From a bacterium (GTDB lineage Bacteria; Zhuqueibacterota; Zhuqueibacteria; JANLFK01; Oleimicrobiaceae), in contig JBBIKH010000002.1 in assembly GCA_037445575.1 (NCBI GenBank), positions 9,509-70,279 of the forward strand: 60,771 nt of DNA, in the 5' to 3' direction. The translations under genes and the position numbers were made by a program. Below, piece by piece: positions 37,301 to 45,853 of this stretch. How positions within the stretch are numbered: the first letter of the stretch is position 1; each line of letters starts with the position of its first letter. The notes below the pieces were generated by a model. The model saw only the letters and a program-made list of their open reading frames with translations. It did no database searches and had not been told where the DNA came from.

Positions 37301-37694
37301 GCGGGCAGGCGAGCCCTTGGAGGGAGGTGACAACCACTGCGGGGGCGCTCCCCATAAGCAACTCCAAGGCGCGCACGTGCGCACTTTGGCGGCTGAGGCT
37401 CTGCAGGCGGAATTCCACCGGTGTGTCGCTTGGCTCGAGGAAGTGGACCACCCGTTCAGCACCCAGAAGGGTGGAAAAGTCATCCCGGGCCTGCTCAGCC
37501 GCCAACGGGTCAGTCGTGACGTAGAGGGCACGCCGCCGTCGGTCTTGAACCCATATCGCCACCAGAGCTCGGCGCAGGGAACCGGGCGCCACAACAGGAG
37601 GCAGCTGCGCCCCTTCGTCGAGGGCCTGCCACACCTCCTGCACCGGTGTGGAAATGCCCAGGCGTTGTGTGAGGATGTTGTATAGCTCGGACAT
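34395..37694 (-). CDS. mfd: Transcription-repair coupling factor
   Basis: About 1100 aa from the ATG at 37694 (MSELYNIL...). It has a UvrB-homology N-region, a CarD-like block (GDYVVHVDYGIGVY), helicase motifs GDVGFGKTEV, DEEQRFGV and LTATPIPRT, and motif VI QLRGRVGRS. The track start at 37784 overlaps murQ. Confidence 0.95.
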   Translation of the reverse strand: MSELYNILTQRLGISTPVQEVWQALDEGAQLPPVVAPGSLRRALVAIWVQDRRRRALYVTTDPLAAEQARDDFSTLLGAERVVHFLEPSDTPVEFRLQSLSRQSAHVRALELLMGSAPAVVVTSLQGLACPLQPPEAIRQRRILLRQGQEYDFQGLVEALVQLGFSREIMVDRAGEISVRGGIVDIFPFSRTRPVRVEFFGNTIESLREFDPETQRSVNFIQELVLISQSPVLDGWSKAGGAPRTANLIAFVQEGDLIVCEGTPPAQACLGQEASGSPASGHWQSGGTYAGAGKVTRPLLWFPKDKTEPGAKILRAEPVPPMGGKYEVLQEYLAAFGVRARLNSEAEPLAYFLCDSPSQKERVEVLLREEGVHGLQVETGGLQNGFVLWDGALCVLTHHEFHNRPRVPHPAPRPREGFTFRQLHSLRPGDYVVHVDYGIGVYRGLRKITVDNTERECLEIAYLDDDKVYVPLERMDRVSKYTPREGVAPRINRLGTAEWERLKARAKRRLKDISSQLIKLYAERRHTPGFSFSPDTLWQHELEASFVYDETPDQLRATAEVKRDMEAPRPMDRLVCGDVGFGKTEVAIRAAFKAVNDGKQVAVLVPTTLLASQHLATFRERLAPFPVRVEMLSRFLSKREQQRVLADLKAGRIDIIIGTHRLLSGDIAFHDLGLLIIDEEQRFGVMHKERLKALRTDVDVLTLTATPIPRTLHMALVGITDMSRIDTPPRDRLPIRTEVVQFSKELIRHAILRELGRGGQVFFVHNRVQSIGAMTKMLQRLVPEATFAVAHGQMPAATLERVMGRFLERQYDCLVSTMIIQAGLDMPNVNTLIVNRADCFGLAQLYQLRGRVGRSTQQAYAYFLVPSVRRLTKEAIKRLQAIEEITELGSGYQIALRDLEVRGAGSLFGAEQSGFLDALGYDVFCQILDEAVREAKSEYAVLEEPAEKEVSTQIRFRGDAFLPEEYVAHSSERVALYRRLVLAKTVEEVEDVAQELMDRFGPLPAPARNLLDATTCKLLGNLLQMSEVQVDARSLRATFAPSLVQDKERFKALVSRVAQASCYPYRFVQGKGRSQLHLHVELPREGGLPAAKEFLQSLL

Positions 37695-37713
37695 CGGCGC
37701 AAAGGGTGGCCGA

Positions 37714-38637
37714 TTAGCTTTGCAGCGCCTGGCGCACGAATCCGCCTGCCCTCGCGAGACGTTGTCGTGCCTCCTCGGCGTCAACTCGCGCCAAGATCAT
37801 CACCAGCGCCGTCTTCACGTGTCCACCCGCCTTCTCCAACACTGCCTCCGCCTCGTCGTAGCTCACACCTGTCACCATCATCACCGTGCGCTTGGAGCGT
37901 TCTTCCAGTTTGCGGGAGGTCATTTGGAGGTCCACCATCATGTTGCCGTAGACCTTGCCCAGGCGGATCATCGCCGTGGTGGTTATCATATTGAGGACAA
38001 GCTTGGTGGCCGTCCCCGCCTTCATGCGCGTAGAGCCCATTACCACCTCCGGTCCCACCACTGGGCATATGGCCACATCCACCGGGAAGTTGAGCTCGCT
38101 GCGAGGTGTGCAGGTGACGTAAATGGTCTTGCCGCCCACCTCGCGGGCTTTCGCGATGGCGCCGAGCACGTACGGTGTTCTGCGGCTGGCAGCAATGCCG
38201 CAGGCCACATCCTTGCTGGTGAAGCCACGCCGGAGCAGGTCCTCGCCCCCCCGCTCCCGCCGGTCTTCTGCCCCCTCCTGGGCGCGCACCAGCGCCTTGT
38301 ACCCGCCGGCGATGATACCCTGCACCATCTCGGGGGGTGCCCCAAAGGTCGGGGGGATCTCCGAGGCATCCAGCACCCCAAGCCTGCCACTGGTGCCCGC
38401 CCCGACGTAGAAGAGCCGGCCGCCTGCGCGAAACGCCTCCACCACAAGCTCCACCGCCTGCGCGATGTACGGGATCTCCTTTTCCACGGCGAACGGCACC
38501 TTTTTGTCCTCGGCGTTGATCAAACGCAAAATCTCCTCCACCGATTTGGAGTCGATGTCCATGGTCGCCGGGTTGCGCGCCTCGGTGATGAGGTTCTGAA
38601 TCTCCGCAAACACGTTGTCATCTGGTCGTCTTTTCAC
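37714..38637 (-). CDS. murQ: N-acetylmuramic acid 6-phosphate etherase
   Basis: SIS-domain pattern GGRLFYVGAGTSGRLGVLDASEIPPTFG, then GIAASRRTPYV, GSTRMKAGTATKLVLNMITT and GNMMVDLQMTSRKLEERS. The GTG at 38637 overlaps the rsmG TGA (GTGA) and gives about 307 aa, a typical MurQ length. Confidence 0.9.
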   Translation of the reverse strand: MKRRPDDNVFAEIQNLITEARNPATMDIDSKSVEEILRLINAEDKKVPFAVEKEIPYIAQAVELVVEAFRAGGRLFYVGAGTSGRLGVLDASEIPPTFGAPPEMVQGIIAGGYKALVRAQEGAEDRRERGGEDLLRRGFTSKDVACGIAASRRTPYVLGAIAKAREVGGKTIYVTCTPRSELNFPVDVAICPVVGPEVVMGSTRMKAGTATKLVLNMITTTAMIRLGKVYGNMMVDLQMTSRKLEERSKRTVMMVTGVSYDEAEAVLEKAGGHVKTALVMILARVDAEEARQRLARAGGFVRQALQS

Positions 38638-39341
38638 GTCTGCGCACCTCGTTGCACGATGATGAGAACCCTGCCTTTGTCTGGGGCCACAAGGCACGCC
38701 GGTGCTGCAGCCATGCGCACGTTCACCGACGGCTCTTGCGCAGCCAGGGCCCGGATTTCAGCGCCCACATCGCCCCCCTTGAGGGCAATCAACCTCCCCT
38801 GTGGGGCAAGGAGGGGCGCTGCCCAGGCCCAAAGCGTGGGGAGTTTAGCCACTGCACGCGCCACCGCAATGTCTACTTTTCCCTGCCATTCAGGCAGCTT
38901 GGCCAGCATCTCCGCCCTGGCGCAGAGAGCGCATGCGCCCTGCAATTGCAGCTCCTCGATGGCCTCCTGCAGAAAAAGCACTTTGCGGCGATGCGCCTCG
39001 AGTAGCAGCATCTGTAGGTCCGGGCGGAGGATTTTCACCGGTATGCCGGGCAAGCCCCCACCGCTACCGATATCCACCACCACTGCCCCATGGGCGATTT
39101 CCTCGGCGGTGAGAAAGGCCAGGGACTCTCCGATGTGGCGCGGCACCACCACCGGCTCATCCCCGGGGGCAATGAGATTGGTGCGCCGGTTCCAGGCCAA
39201 AAGAAGGCGCACATAGTCCCGGAGGGCCGAAGCCTGCTGCGGCAGCAAGGTGATCCCCAACGTCGCAAGACATGAACTTAAGGCGGCAAGCTCAGCCTCG
39301 AAGCCGCGGTCGCTGCTGATGCGTACTCCAGGGTGTTTCAC
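38634..39341 (-). CDS. rsmG: 16S rRNA (guanine527-N7)-methyltransferase
   Basis: Contains LLLAWNRRTNLI, VVDIGSGGGLPGIPVKILRPD and AVARAVA. The GTG at 39341 overlaps the mnmG TGA (GTGA) and gives 235 aa. The track's 407 aa version overlaps mnmG out of frame. Confidence 0.9.
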   Translation of the reverse strand: MKHPGVRISSDRGFEAELAALSSCLATLGITLLPQQASALRDYVRLLLAWNRRTNLIAPGDEPVVVPRHIGESLAFLTAEEIAHGAVVVDIGSGGGLPGIPVKILRPDLQMLLLEAHRRKVLFLQEAIEELQLQGACALCARAEMLAKLPEWQGKVDIAVARAVAKLPTLWAWAAPLLAPQGRLIALKGGDVGAEIRALAAQEPSVNVRMAAAPACLVAPDKGRVLIIVQRGAQT

Positions 39342-41239
39342 GTGGAACAACCTTCCCTCCGGGCATGCCGGGCAAGGTGGACCATCAGCACGGCAATGTC
39401 GCCCTGCCTCACGCCGGGAATGCGCGCCGCTTGGCCCAAGGAGAGCGGCCGCACCTGCTCCAGCTTCTCCCGCGCCTCCGCAGACAACCCCCGCATCGTT
39501 CGATAGTCCAGTTCCGGAGGAAGGACAGCGGCCTCCAAGCGTCGGAACCGCTCCATCTGCTCCCTCTGCCGGATTATGAATCCCTCGTATTTTACCTCGA
39601 TTTCCACCTGGCGGGCCACCGCGCGCCAAAAGGGATCCTCCAGCCTCTCCAGCACCGGATGGCGGGCCAAGCCGACAAGATCGCCGATGGCCAGTTCCGG
39701 CCTGCGCAGCAACTCCTTGAGCGACACCGCTGCCCGCACGGGGGCTAATCCTTTCTTCTCCAGCACACCGTTTACCTCTTCCACCGGCGGTCTGGTGGCA
39801 GTCATAAACACCAGACACTCCTCGATGGCCTGCTGCTTGCGGCGTACGCCCCGACAAAACTCCTCCGGAGCCATACCCAATCGCTCGCTGTGGTGCAGCA
39901 GGCGCAGGTCCGCATTGTCCTGACGCAGCACCAACCGATGTTCCGCCAACGACGTGAACATGCGGTACGGCTCCTCTGGGCCTTTGGTCACCAAGTCATC
40001 GATGAGCACGCCTATGTAACACTCAGCGCGCGTGGGGATGAACGGCGCTTCGCCTCGGCACAAGAGGGCGGCGTTCACACCAGCCACCAGTCCTTGTGCC
40101 GCAGCCTCCTCGTATCCTGAGGTGCCGTTGATCTGTCCCGCCAGGAACAGCCCCCGACAGAGCTTGGCCTCCAGCGTGGGCTGAAGCTGGGTGGCCGGAA
40201 CATAGTCGTACTCGATGGCATAGCCGTATCTGGTCACCTCTACCCGCTCCAGGCCGGAGATGGTGCGGAGGGCAGCACATTGTACCTCTTCGGGAAGACT
40301 GGTGGAAAAACCGTTCACATAATATTCACTGGTCAGTCTCCCTTCCGGCTCTAGAAAAATCTGGTGGCGAGACTTGTCCGAAAAGCGAACAATCTTCGTC
40401 TCGATGGAGGGGCAGTAGCGAGGTCCAATGCCGATGATTTTGCCGGTGTACAGCGGGGAGCGGTCCAGGCCGCTCCGCAACAGTTCGTGTGTACGCTCGT
40501 TGGTCCAGGTCAGGAAGCAGGAGACCTGTGCAACTTCCAGACGGTCATGACGAAACGAGAAAGGCTCCGGCTCTGGGTCACCAGGCTGTTCCGTCATGCT
40601 GGCCCAGTCAACGGTCCGCCCATCCACGCGGGGCGGCGTGCCGGTCTTCATCCTGCCCAGGCGAAAACCTAAGGCGCGCAGCTGCTCACTGAGCGCCGAA
40701 GAAGCAAATTCACCCGCGCGTCCCGCGGAAAAGGAGGAAAGACCGATGTGGATCAGCCCATTGAGGAACGTGCCGGGGGCGAGCACGATGTTCTTGGTGG
40801 CCACCGCACCCCCGGGAAAGAGGCGGGCGCCGCGCACTGCGCCGCCAGCGACCTCCAGGGCGACGACCTCCGCCTGTACCAGGCGCAGACCCTGTTGCCG
40901 CTCCAATGCCTGCTTCATTAGCAGGGAGTAGCGCTGGCGGTCCTCCTGTGCCCGCGGCGACCAAACCGCAGGGCCTTTGCTGCGGTTGAGCATGCGAAAC
41001 TGTATGCCCGCCAGGTCAGCGACCACCCCCATCTCTCCGCCCAGCGCGTCGATCTCCCGCACCAGATGGCCCTTGGCCAACCCTCCAATTGCGGGGTTAC
41101 AGGACATCTGGGCCACCGTACCGAGGTTCATGGTCACCAGCAGCGTCCTCACCCCCATCCTGGCCGCTGCCAGCGCCGCTTCACATCCGGCATGACCGGC
41201 GCCCACCACTACCACGTCATAAATGTCACCGCTGCTCAC
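39338..41239 (-). CDS. mnmG: tRNA uridine 5-carboxymethylaminomethyl modification enzyme
   Basis: Contains YDVVVVGAGHAGCEAALAAARMG (FAD motif), PAIGGLAKGHLVREIDALGG, GPRYCPSIE and LFLAGQINGTSGYEEAAAQG. The GTG at 41239 gives about 633 aa. The track start at 41314 would overlap mnmE. Confidence 0.95.
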   Translation of the reverse strand: MSSGDIYDVVVVGAGHAGCEAALAAARMGVRTLLVTMNLGTVAQMSCNPAIGGLAKGHLVREIDALGGEMGVVADLAGIQFRMLNRSKGPAVWSPRAQEDRQRYSLLMKQALERQQGLRLVQAEVVALEVAGGAVRGARLFPGGAVATKNIVLAPGTFLNGLIHIGLSSFSAGRAGEFASSALSEQLRALGFRLGRMKTGTPPRVDGRTVDWASMTEQPGDPEPEPFSFRHDRLEVAQVSCFLTWTNERTHELLRSGLDRSPLYTGKIIGIGPRYCPSIETKIVRFSDKSRHQIFLEPEGRLTSEYYVNGFSTSLPEEVQCAALRTISGLERVEVTRYGYAIEYDYVPATQLQPTLEAKLCRGLFLAGQINGTSGYEEAAAQGLVAGVNAALLCRGEAPFIPTRAECYIGVLIDDLVTKGPEEPYRMFTSLAEHRLVLRQDNADLRLLHHSERLGMAPEEFCRGVRRKQQAIEECLVFMTATRPPVEEVNGVLEKKGLAPVRAAVSLKELLRRPELAIGDLVGLARHPVLERLEDPFWRAVARQVEIEVKYEGFIIRQREQMERFRRLEAAVLPPELDYRTMRGLSAEAREKLEQVRPLSLGQAARIPGVRQGDIAVLMVHLARHARREGCST

Positions 41240-41279
41240 CGCACTCCCCCGCCGCCTGTTCCACGTGAAACACTGCTCC

Positions 41280-42677
41280 TCATTTGCCGATACAGAATTT
41301 GGCAAAAATCGCATTTAGCACGTCTTCATCGCTCACGGAGCCGACGATCGCCCCCAAAGCTTCCCCCGCCTCCCGCAGTTCGAAGGAGACAAACTCGGCC
41401 GACAGGCCTTGCGCAAGCCACTGATGCGCCCTGACTACTGCCTCAGACGCCCGGCGCAGTGCCTCCCAATGGCGCACATTACTTACCACCACATCACCCC
41501 CTTCCACGCCGCCGTCTGCCGTCAGGCGCTTCAGCAGGGCCTCCCGCAGGCGCCCCAATCCTAACCCTTCCTTCGCCGAGACTTCAACCACTTCGTCCAC
41601 ATGGAACTCCTCTGCTCGCCACGCCTGTGGCAGATCAATCTTGTTCACCACGACAAGGGCCCGCAGCCGGTCGCTTTTGCCTTGCGCATAATGGGCAAGC
41701 AGCCGTCGGTCATCCACCCCCAGTGGCTCACTCCCGTCCAGCACCAGGGCAACGACATCTGCCCTGTCCATCTCTCGTTCCGTGCGCCGGAGCCCCTCCT
41801 CGTCCACCGCTGAGGTTGGCGCACCGAAACCGGCCGTGTCCACGACCGTCACCGGGAAACCGCCGATGTCCACCGTACCCTCCAGGGTATCGCGCGTGGT
41901 CCCCGGCAGCTCGCTGACGATGGCCCGGTCCTCCTGTAACAGGGCGTTGAGCAGACTGGATTTGCCCACATTGGTGCGCCCAACCAGTACCAGTCTGATC
42001 CCGTGCCGCAACAAGCGCCCCTGCTGGTAGGTACCGAGCATTGCCTCCAGCTCCGCGGCAATTTGCTCTAGCTGCCTCGTGAGCGCCGCCCGGTCCAGAG
42101 CCGGCACGTCTTCATCCGAGAAATCCACTTCCAACTCCAGAAGGGCGCGACTGTCGGCAAGCCGCTGCTGCAAGGAGCCGATGCGCTGCGACAGTCGTCC
42201 CTCCAACTGGGCCATGGAGGCGCGGCGCGCCCGCTCCGTACGCGCACATATGAGGTCACAGACCGCCTCCGCTTGCGCGAGATCAATTCTCCCGTGCACA
42301 AAGGCCCGGCGCGTGAATTCCCCAGGCTCTGCCAAGCGCGCCCCGCGTGCTAACAAGAGCCGCAGTATCTGCTGCACAATAAGGGGGTTGCCGTGGCAGG
42401 TGATCTCCACCAGATCCTCGCCAGTGTATGAATACGGGCCCCTGTGGACCGCCACCATCACCTCATCGAGCGTTACCTCCGCCCCCGTCTCGTCCGTCCC
42501 CATGAGGCGCCCGTAGACGACAGTGTGGTTCGGAACTTCCCGCAGAGGTCTTTTACCTACAAAGACCACTTCCACCACCTGCACTGCCCTGCTACCGCTC
42601 AGTCTCACTATCGCCAAAGCCCCTGACCCCTGCGGAGTCGACAGGGCCACAATTGTATCTTCCTCAAGAACCATCAT
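41280..42677 (-). CDS. mnmE: tRNA modification GTPase
   Basis: DTIVALSTPQGSGALAIVRLSG, G-domain motifs GRTNVGKSSLLN, DTAG and NKID, and the C-terminal FCIGK. Confidence 0.95.
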   Translation of the reverse strand: MMVLEEDTIVALSTPQGSGALAIVRLSGSRAVQVVEVVFVGKRPLREVPNHTVVYGRLMGTDETGAEVTLDEVMVAVHRGPYSYTGEDLVEITCHGNPLIVQQILRLLLARGARLAEPGEFTRRAFVHGRIDLAQAEAVCDLICARTERARRASMAQLEGRLSQRIGSLQQRLADSRALLELEVDFSDEDVPALDRAALTRQLEQIAAELEAMLGTYQQGRLLRHGIRLVLVGRTNVGKSSLLNALLQEDRAIVSELPGTTRDTLEGTVDIGGFPVTVVDTAGFGAPTSAVDEEGLRRTEREMDRADVVALVLDGSEPLGVDDRRLLAHYAQGKSDRLRALVVVNKIDLPQAWRAEEFHVDEVVEVSAKEGLGLGRLREALLKRLTADGGVEGGDVVVSNVRHWEALRRASEAVVRAHQWLAQGLSAEFVSFELREAGEALGAIVGSVSDEDVLNAIFAKFCIGK

Positions 42678-42762
42678 TACCTTCGTAACGCCTCAAAGAA
42701 AAAGCCCCACCACGCTACGCCAGCAGGGCCTTTCCCATACTGTTGCCGCTCAGGTGAGGTCG

Positions 42763-44616
42763 CTACTTCCGCCCGAGCCGCCTTGCCACCGGTTTCTTCT
42801 CCAACTTCTGACCGCCTGGCTTCTGTGGCTTCTGTTCACCCGCCCCCACCAGCCTGTCCGTAATGAGCTTCTGCTGGAGAATGCTCAGCACGTTGAAGAG
42901 CATGTAGTAGAGATTCAACCCGGAGGGGAAGGAATTGAACAGGAGGGTAAAAAAGATCGGCATCAGGTAAACCATCATCTTCTGCTTTGGGTCCTTCACG
43001 CTCATCTTCTGCTGGATGAGCATCGTGACGCCCATGAGGATCGGCAGGATATTTACCAGGTTGCCGTACAACGGCAAGCTAAAAGGAAGAACCGCCACCG
43101 TGTCCGGATTGGCAAGGTCCTTGATCCACAGCATGAATCCCTGTCCGCGGAAGGAGATCGTGTTCCGGAACACCACGAACAAGGCATACAGCAAGGGCAT
43201 CTGCAGCAACAAGGGCAGGCATCCCCCCATTGGGTTCACTCCAGCCTCCTTGTAGAGCTTCATGGTCTCCTCATTGAGGCGCTGAGGATCCTTGCCGTAC
43301 TTCTCGCGGAGAGCCACCAAGCGCGGCTGAAGTTCCTGCATCTTGTGCATGGACTTGAAGGACTTGTGCGTCAAGGGGTAGAGCACCACCTTGACCAGAA
43401 GGGAAAAGATGACAATGACCCAGCCGTAGTTGGGGACAACGGCATGCAAGGTCTTGAGGCACCACAGCACCGCCTTCGAAAACGGTTGAATCACCTTCCA
43501 ACCCAGGCTCATCATCCGCTCCAAACCGACGCCAGGCCCCCGCACGGTGCTGTAGTCGAGCGGCCCTAAGAACACCATAAAGCGATCTTGCCGCACCGGT
43601 TCATTAAGGAAGCTCATGTCCAGGCCAAACGCATACGCCTTCCAAAGGCGATCCGCTTCCCGGAGCCGGTGTTTGTCCCATACCGCAAAAGAGCGCGGTG
43701 GCGGCTGTCGCCTGCCCGCGTACCACACGCCTGCCCCCTGCTGGCTGGTGGGAATGATGGCTGCAGCAAAGTACTTAGTCCGCGCCCCGACCCACCGCAC
43801 CACCCCGTCCATGCTTCCAGCCCGTTGCGGCGCGCGGCCAATGTCGAACTTTTCCAGGTTCGCCGCAAACAGGGCATAGACCTTGGCCTCCTGGAAGTCA
43901 TCAATGAGGCGCGCTTCCGTAGGTGCCAAACCACTGTTCCAACCCACCGTGTAGCGACGCTGCGCGATGACGTTAGAAAAGTTGTCCAAGCGGACGTCAA
44001 GGGCGAAATAGTAGCTGTCGCCCCGGAAGGTGAAGCGCTTGGTTATCCTCTGCCCCCCTTCCAATTGTGCCACAAAAGTGACCGAAGCGCTATCGCCAGC
44101 GCTCGCCAGTACTACCTCGCGCCGGTCAGAAACAAACAACAGTTGTCCTGTGTCCACCGAATCCCGGGCGGTAGTGAACCCCAGCGCCAGATTTGCCCTA
44201 CCATCTCCTCCAACAATCTGCACCAAGTTGCTGTCCGGGTCCTTGAAACGCTTGAAATGGCAAGAGGTGAGAACAGCTCCCTTAGTGTTGAACACCAAAC
44301 GGAAGAGCGGTGTCTCCACGAGCACCTCTTCTCCGTGACTGGCCTGGGTTGCCTCGGTCAGCACCACCTCAGCTGGGCGAACGGCGGGCGCAGGCACCAT
44401 AGTGGTGTCAACCTTAGGCACGGCCTCCGTGGGGGCTTCTGTTGGCGGCTGCTTCAACCGCTGGCTTTCCCAATATTGCTGGGGAAAGAAGGTCCTCTTA
44501 TAGATTGGGGTATTCACCAAGATGAGCATGAGAATAATAAGCAGTACCCCAATCAGCGTGTTCTTGTCCCAGTTCATGCCACGTTTTGCCTTTCTCTGGT
44601 CAATGCGCACCGGCAT
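42763..44616 (-). CDS. yidC: Membrane protein insertase YidC
   Basis: 617 aa with an N-terminal TM segment, a large periplasmic domain and a C-terminal 5-TM core (GWVIVIFSLLVKVVLYPLT..., KMQELQPR..., GVNPMGGCLPLLLQMP..., GLNLYY...). The true start may be the internal MNWDKN at 44577. Confidence 0.95.
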   Translation of the reverse strand: MPVRIDQRKAKRGMNWDKNTLIGVLLIILMLILVNTPIYKRTFFPQQYWESQRLKQPPTEAPTEAVPKVDTTMVPAPAVRPAEVVLTEATQASHGEEVLVETPLFRLVFNTKGAVLTSCHFKRFKDPDSNLVQIVGGDGRANLALGFTTARDSVDTGQLLFVSDRREVVLASAGDSASVTFVAQLEGGQRITKRFTFRGDSYYFALDVRLDNFSNVIAQRRYTVGWNSGLAPTEARLIDDFQEAKVYALFAANLEKFDIGRAPQRAGSMDGVVRWVGARTKYFAAAIIPTSQQGAGVWYAGRRQPPPRSFAVWDKHRLREADRLWKAYAFGLDMSFLNEPVRQDRFMVFLGPLDYSTVRGPGVGLERMMSLGWKVIQPFSKAVLWCLKTLHAVVPNYGWVIVIFSLLVKVVLYPLTHKSFKSMHKMQELQPRLVALREKYGKDPQRLNEETMKLYKEAGVNPMGGCLPLLLQMPLLYALFVVFRNTISFRGQGFMLWIKDLANPDTVAVLPFSLPLYGNLVNILPILMGVTMLIQQKMSVKDPKQKMMVYLMPIFFTLLFNSFPSGLNLYYMLFNVLSILQQKLITDRLVGAGEQKPQKPGGQKLEKKPVARRLGRK

Positions 44617-44832
44617 TTACAATAGTGGATCGTACCCTCCTGGGGAAAATGGGTGACATCTGAGAATGCGCCGCAACCCCAGGTACAGACCCTTTGCTAC
44701 CCCATACCGCAGCAACGCTTGTTCGGTGTAGCGCGAGCATGTGGGCTCAAATCGGCAGTTGGCTCCCAACAGCGGTGAGAGAACAATGCGATAGAGGCGA
44801 ATGATGCCAACCAGGAGGGCTCGAACCATCAA
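44617..44832 (-). CDS. yidD: Membrane protein insertion efficiency factor YidD
   Basis: 71 aa; YR.VLSPLLGANCRFEPTCSRYTEQAL...G...G..LGLRRILRCHPF..GGYDP. Confidence 0.9.
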   Translation of the reverse strand: MMVRALLVGIIRLYRIVLSPLLGANCRFEPTCSRYTEQALLRYGVAKGLYLGLRRILRCHPFSPGGYDPLL

Positions 44833-45164
44833 CTCCCCCTCTGCCGCAATGCTACAAGGGTGCGCTCAAACTGGTGCACAAGCCGAGGGAACGGAACGTC
44901 GATCACTTCCGGCTGAAGCAACCAGACGATTTCCATTTCCTCGGGGATTTGGTCCAGGTGCTGTCTCAACACTTCCCGGAGACGCCGTCGCGCCCTATTT
45001 CTCTGTACGGCAGTTCGGACCTTGCTTGACACAGCGATCCCCACGGCGCGGCGCGGGGCAGGGCGCCAGAAGACCGTAAAAAGACGAAACCGAAGCCTCC
45101 CGCCCTGCGCGAGCACTTCTGAAAACGCTCTCCTCTTTAAGGTAGGGATAGTCGCTCTCGCCAT
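44829..45164 (-). CDS. rnpA: Ribonuclease P protein component
   Basis: 111 aa and basic. It contains the RNR motif region SSKVRTAVQRNRARRRLRE and sits between rpmH and yidD. Confidence 0.85.
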   Translation of the reverse strand: MARATIPTLKRRAFSEVLAQGGRLRFRLFTVFWRPAPRRAVGIAVSSKVRTAVQRNRARRRLREVLRQHLDQIPEEMEIVWLLQPEVIDVPFPRLVHQFERTLVALRQRGS

Positions 45165-45184
45165 CCACGATTCTTGGCGACGAG

Positions 45185-45331
45185 TTAGTCACGGTCACTC
45201 ACACTCAGACTGTATCTCCCCTTGGCACGCCGCCTGCGCAGAACCTCCCTACCCGTCTTACTCCTCATACGCGCCCGAAAACCGTGCGTGCTCCGTCTGC
45301 GCCTATTGCTTGGTTGGTACGTCCTTTTCAT
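45185..45331 (-). CDS. rpmH: 50S ribosomal protein L34; below the track's length cutoff
   Basis: My own translation gives [48 protein letters not shown] (48 aa), with GGAGGAG 3 nt upstream of the ATG. Confidence 0.95.
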   Translation of the reverse strand: MKRTYQPSNRRRRSTHGFRARMRSKTGREVLRRRRAKGRYSLSVSDRD

Positions 45332-45376
45332 CGCTCCTCCTCACGTCGATTCTACTCTTGCTCCCGCTAAGTGCTA

Positions 45377-45405
45377 ATTATAGCAATTATTTTCCTCAGG
45401 GTCAA
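45377..45405 (-). promoter_or_regulatory. Sigma70-type promoter for rpmH-rnpA-yidD-yidC
   Basis: The minus strand reads TTGACC (45405-45400), a 17 nt spacer, then a perfect TATAAT (45382-45377), about 46 nt upstream of the rpmH ATG. Confidence 0.65.
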
Positions 45406-45520
45406 GCACTTTTGTGGCGGTGGCCATTTCGTTGCGTCCCCCGAGTGAAGCCGTGCCCGTGCCCCCCGCTATGACCCACAACCACCCTCTCACCTGAGGA
45501 CCGCGCAACAAAAAAAGCTA

Positions 45521-45548
45521 TTGACAAATTTCCCCGGTTTGTTAGATT
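45521..45548 (+). promoter_or_regulatory. Candidate plus-strand promoter in oriC
   Basis: TTGACA (45521-45526), a 16 nt spacer, then TAGATT (45543-45548). Confidence 0.35.
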
Positions 45549-45583
45549 ACGCACTGGCGAAGGAGGACTGTATGCCGATAACT

Positions 45584-45592
45584 TGTGGATAA
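45584..45592 (-). promoter_or_regulatory. DnaA box, perfect consensus
   Basis: TGTGGATAA on the plus strand, which is TTATCCACA on the minus strand. Confidence 0.8.
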
Positions 45593-45737
45593 CCAACCCA
45601 ACGGCTTTAGCTCACCACAGAAGCCGATAAGAGTAGGGATCTTTGGCAACTATTGGGGTACATAACCACAATAGATTAGGAGGTTTTAGTTCTTTAAATA
45701 ACAAACTCTTACTAATTATTACCTTATGTTGATATCT

Positions 45738-45746
45738 TGTGGATAT
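45738..45746 (-). promoter_or_regulatory. DnaA box, 1 mismatch
   Basis: TGTGGATAT on the plus strand (ATATCCACA on the minus strand), embedded in the AT-rich tract. Confidence 0.65.
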
Positions 45747-45784
45747 CTATACATATTTTCTTGTGACCTAGGGGGATTACGCTA

Positions 45785-45811
45785 TTGACGTGTCCTGGGG
45801 AGAGGGATAAT
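45785..45811 (+). promoter_or_regulatory. Candidate dnaA promoter abutting a DnaA box
   Basis: TTGACG (45785-45790), a 15 nt spacer, then GATAAT (45806-45811). A perfect DnaA box starts at 45812, which would fit autoregulation. The short spacer lowers my confidence. Confidence 0.35.
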
Positions 45812-45820
45812 TGTGGATAA
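45812..45820 (-). promoter_or_regulatory. DnaA box, perfect consensus
   Basis: TGTGGATAA on the plus strand, 34 nt upstream of the dnaA ATG. Confidence 0.8.
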
Positions 45821-45853
45821 CTTTGCTAGGAGGCGAGACTGACCGGAGCTGCC

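Larger units (their letters stand above)
45332..45853. other. oriC, upstream part: DnaA-box cluster plus an AT-rich tract between divergent rpmH and dnaA
   Basis: Three DnaA boxes lie in the same orientation (listed separately). An AT-rich stretch lies at about 45640-45780. The gene-strand switch for the whole window occurs here. Confidence 0.8.

Noticed and set aside
39342-39857. The N-terminal roughly 170 codons of track ORF 38634..39857 (407 aa 'RsmG').
   Set aside because: This part overlaps the mnmG 3' end out of frame and is G/A/R-rich. RsmG homology begins right after a GTG at 39341 that overlaps the mnmG stop.
42678-42762. A possible terminator between yidC and mnmE (GGGGCUUUUUCUUUG on the minus strand).
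   Set aside because: A U-rich run is present, but I could only form a 4 bp stem with a 17 nt loop. That is too weak to call.
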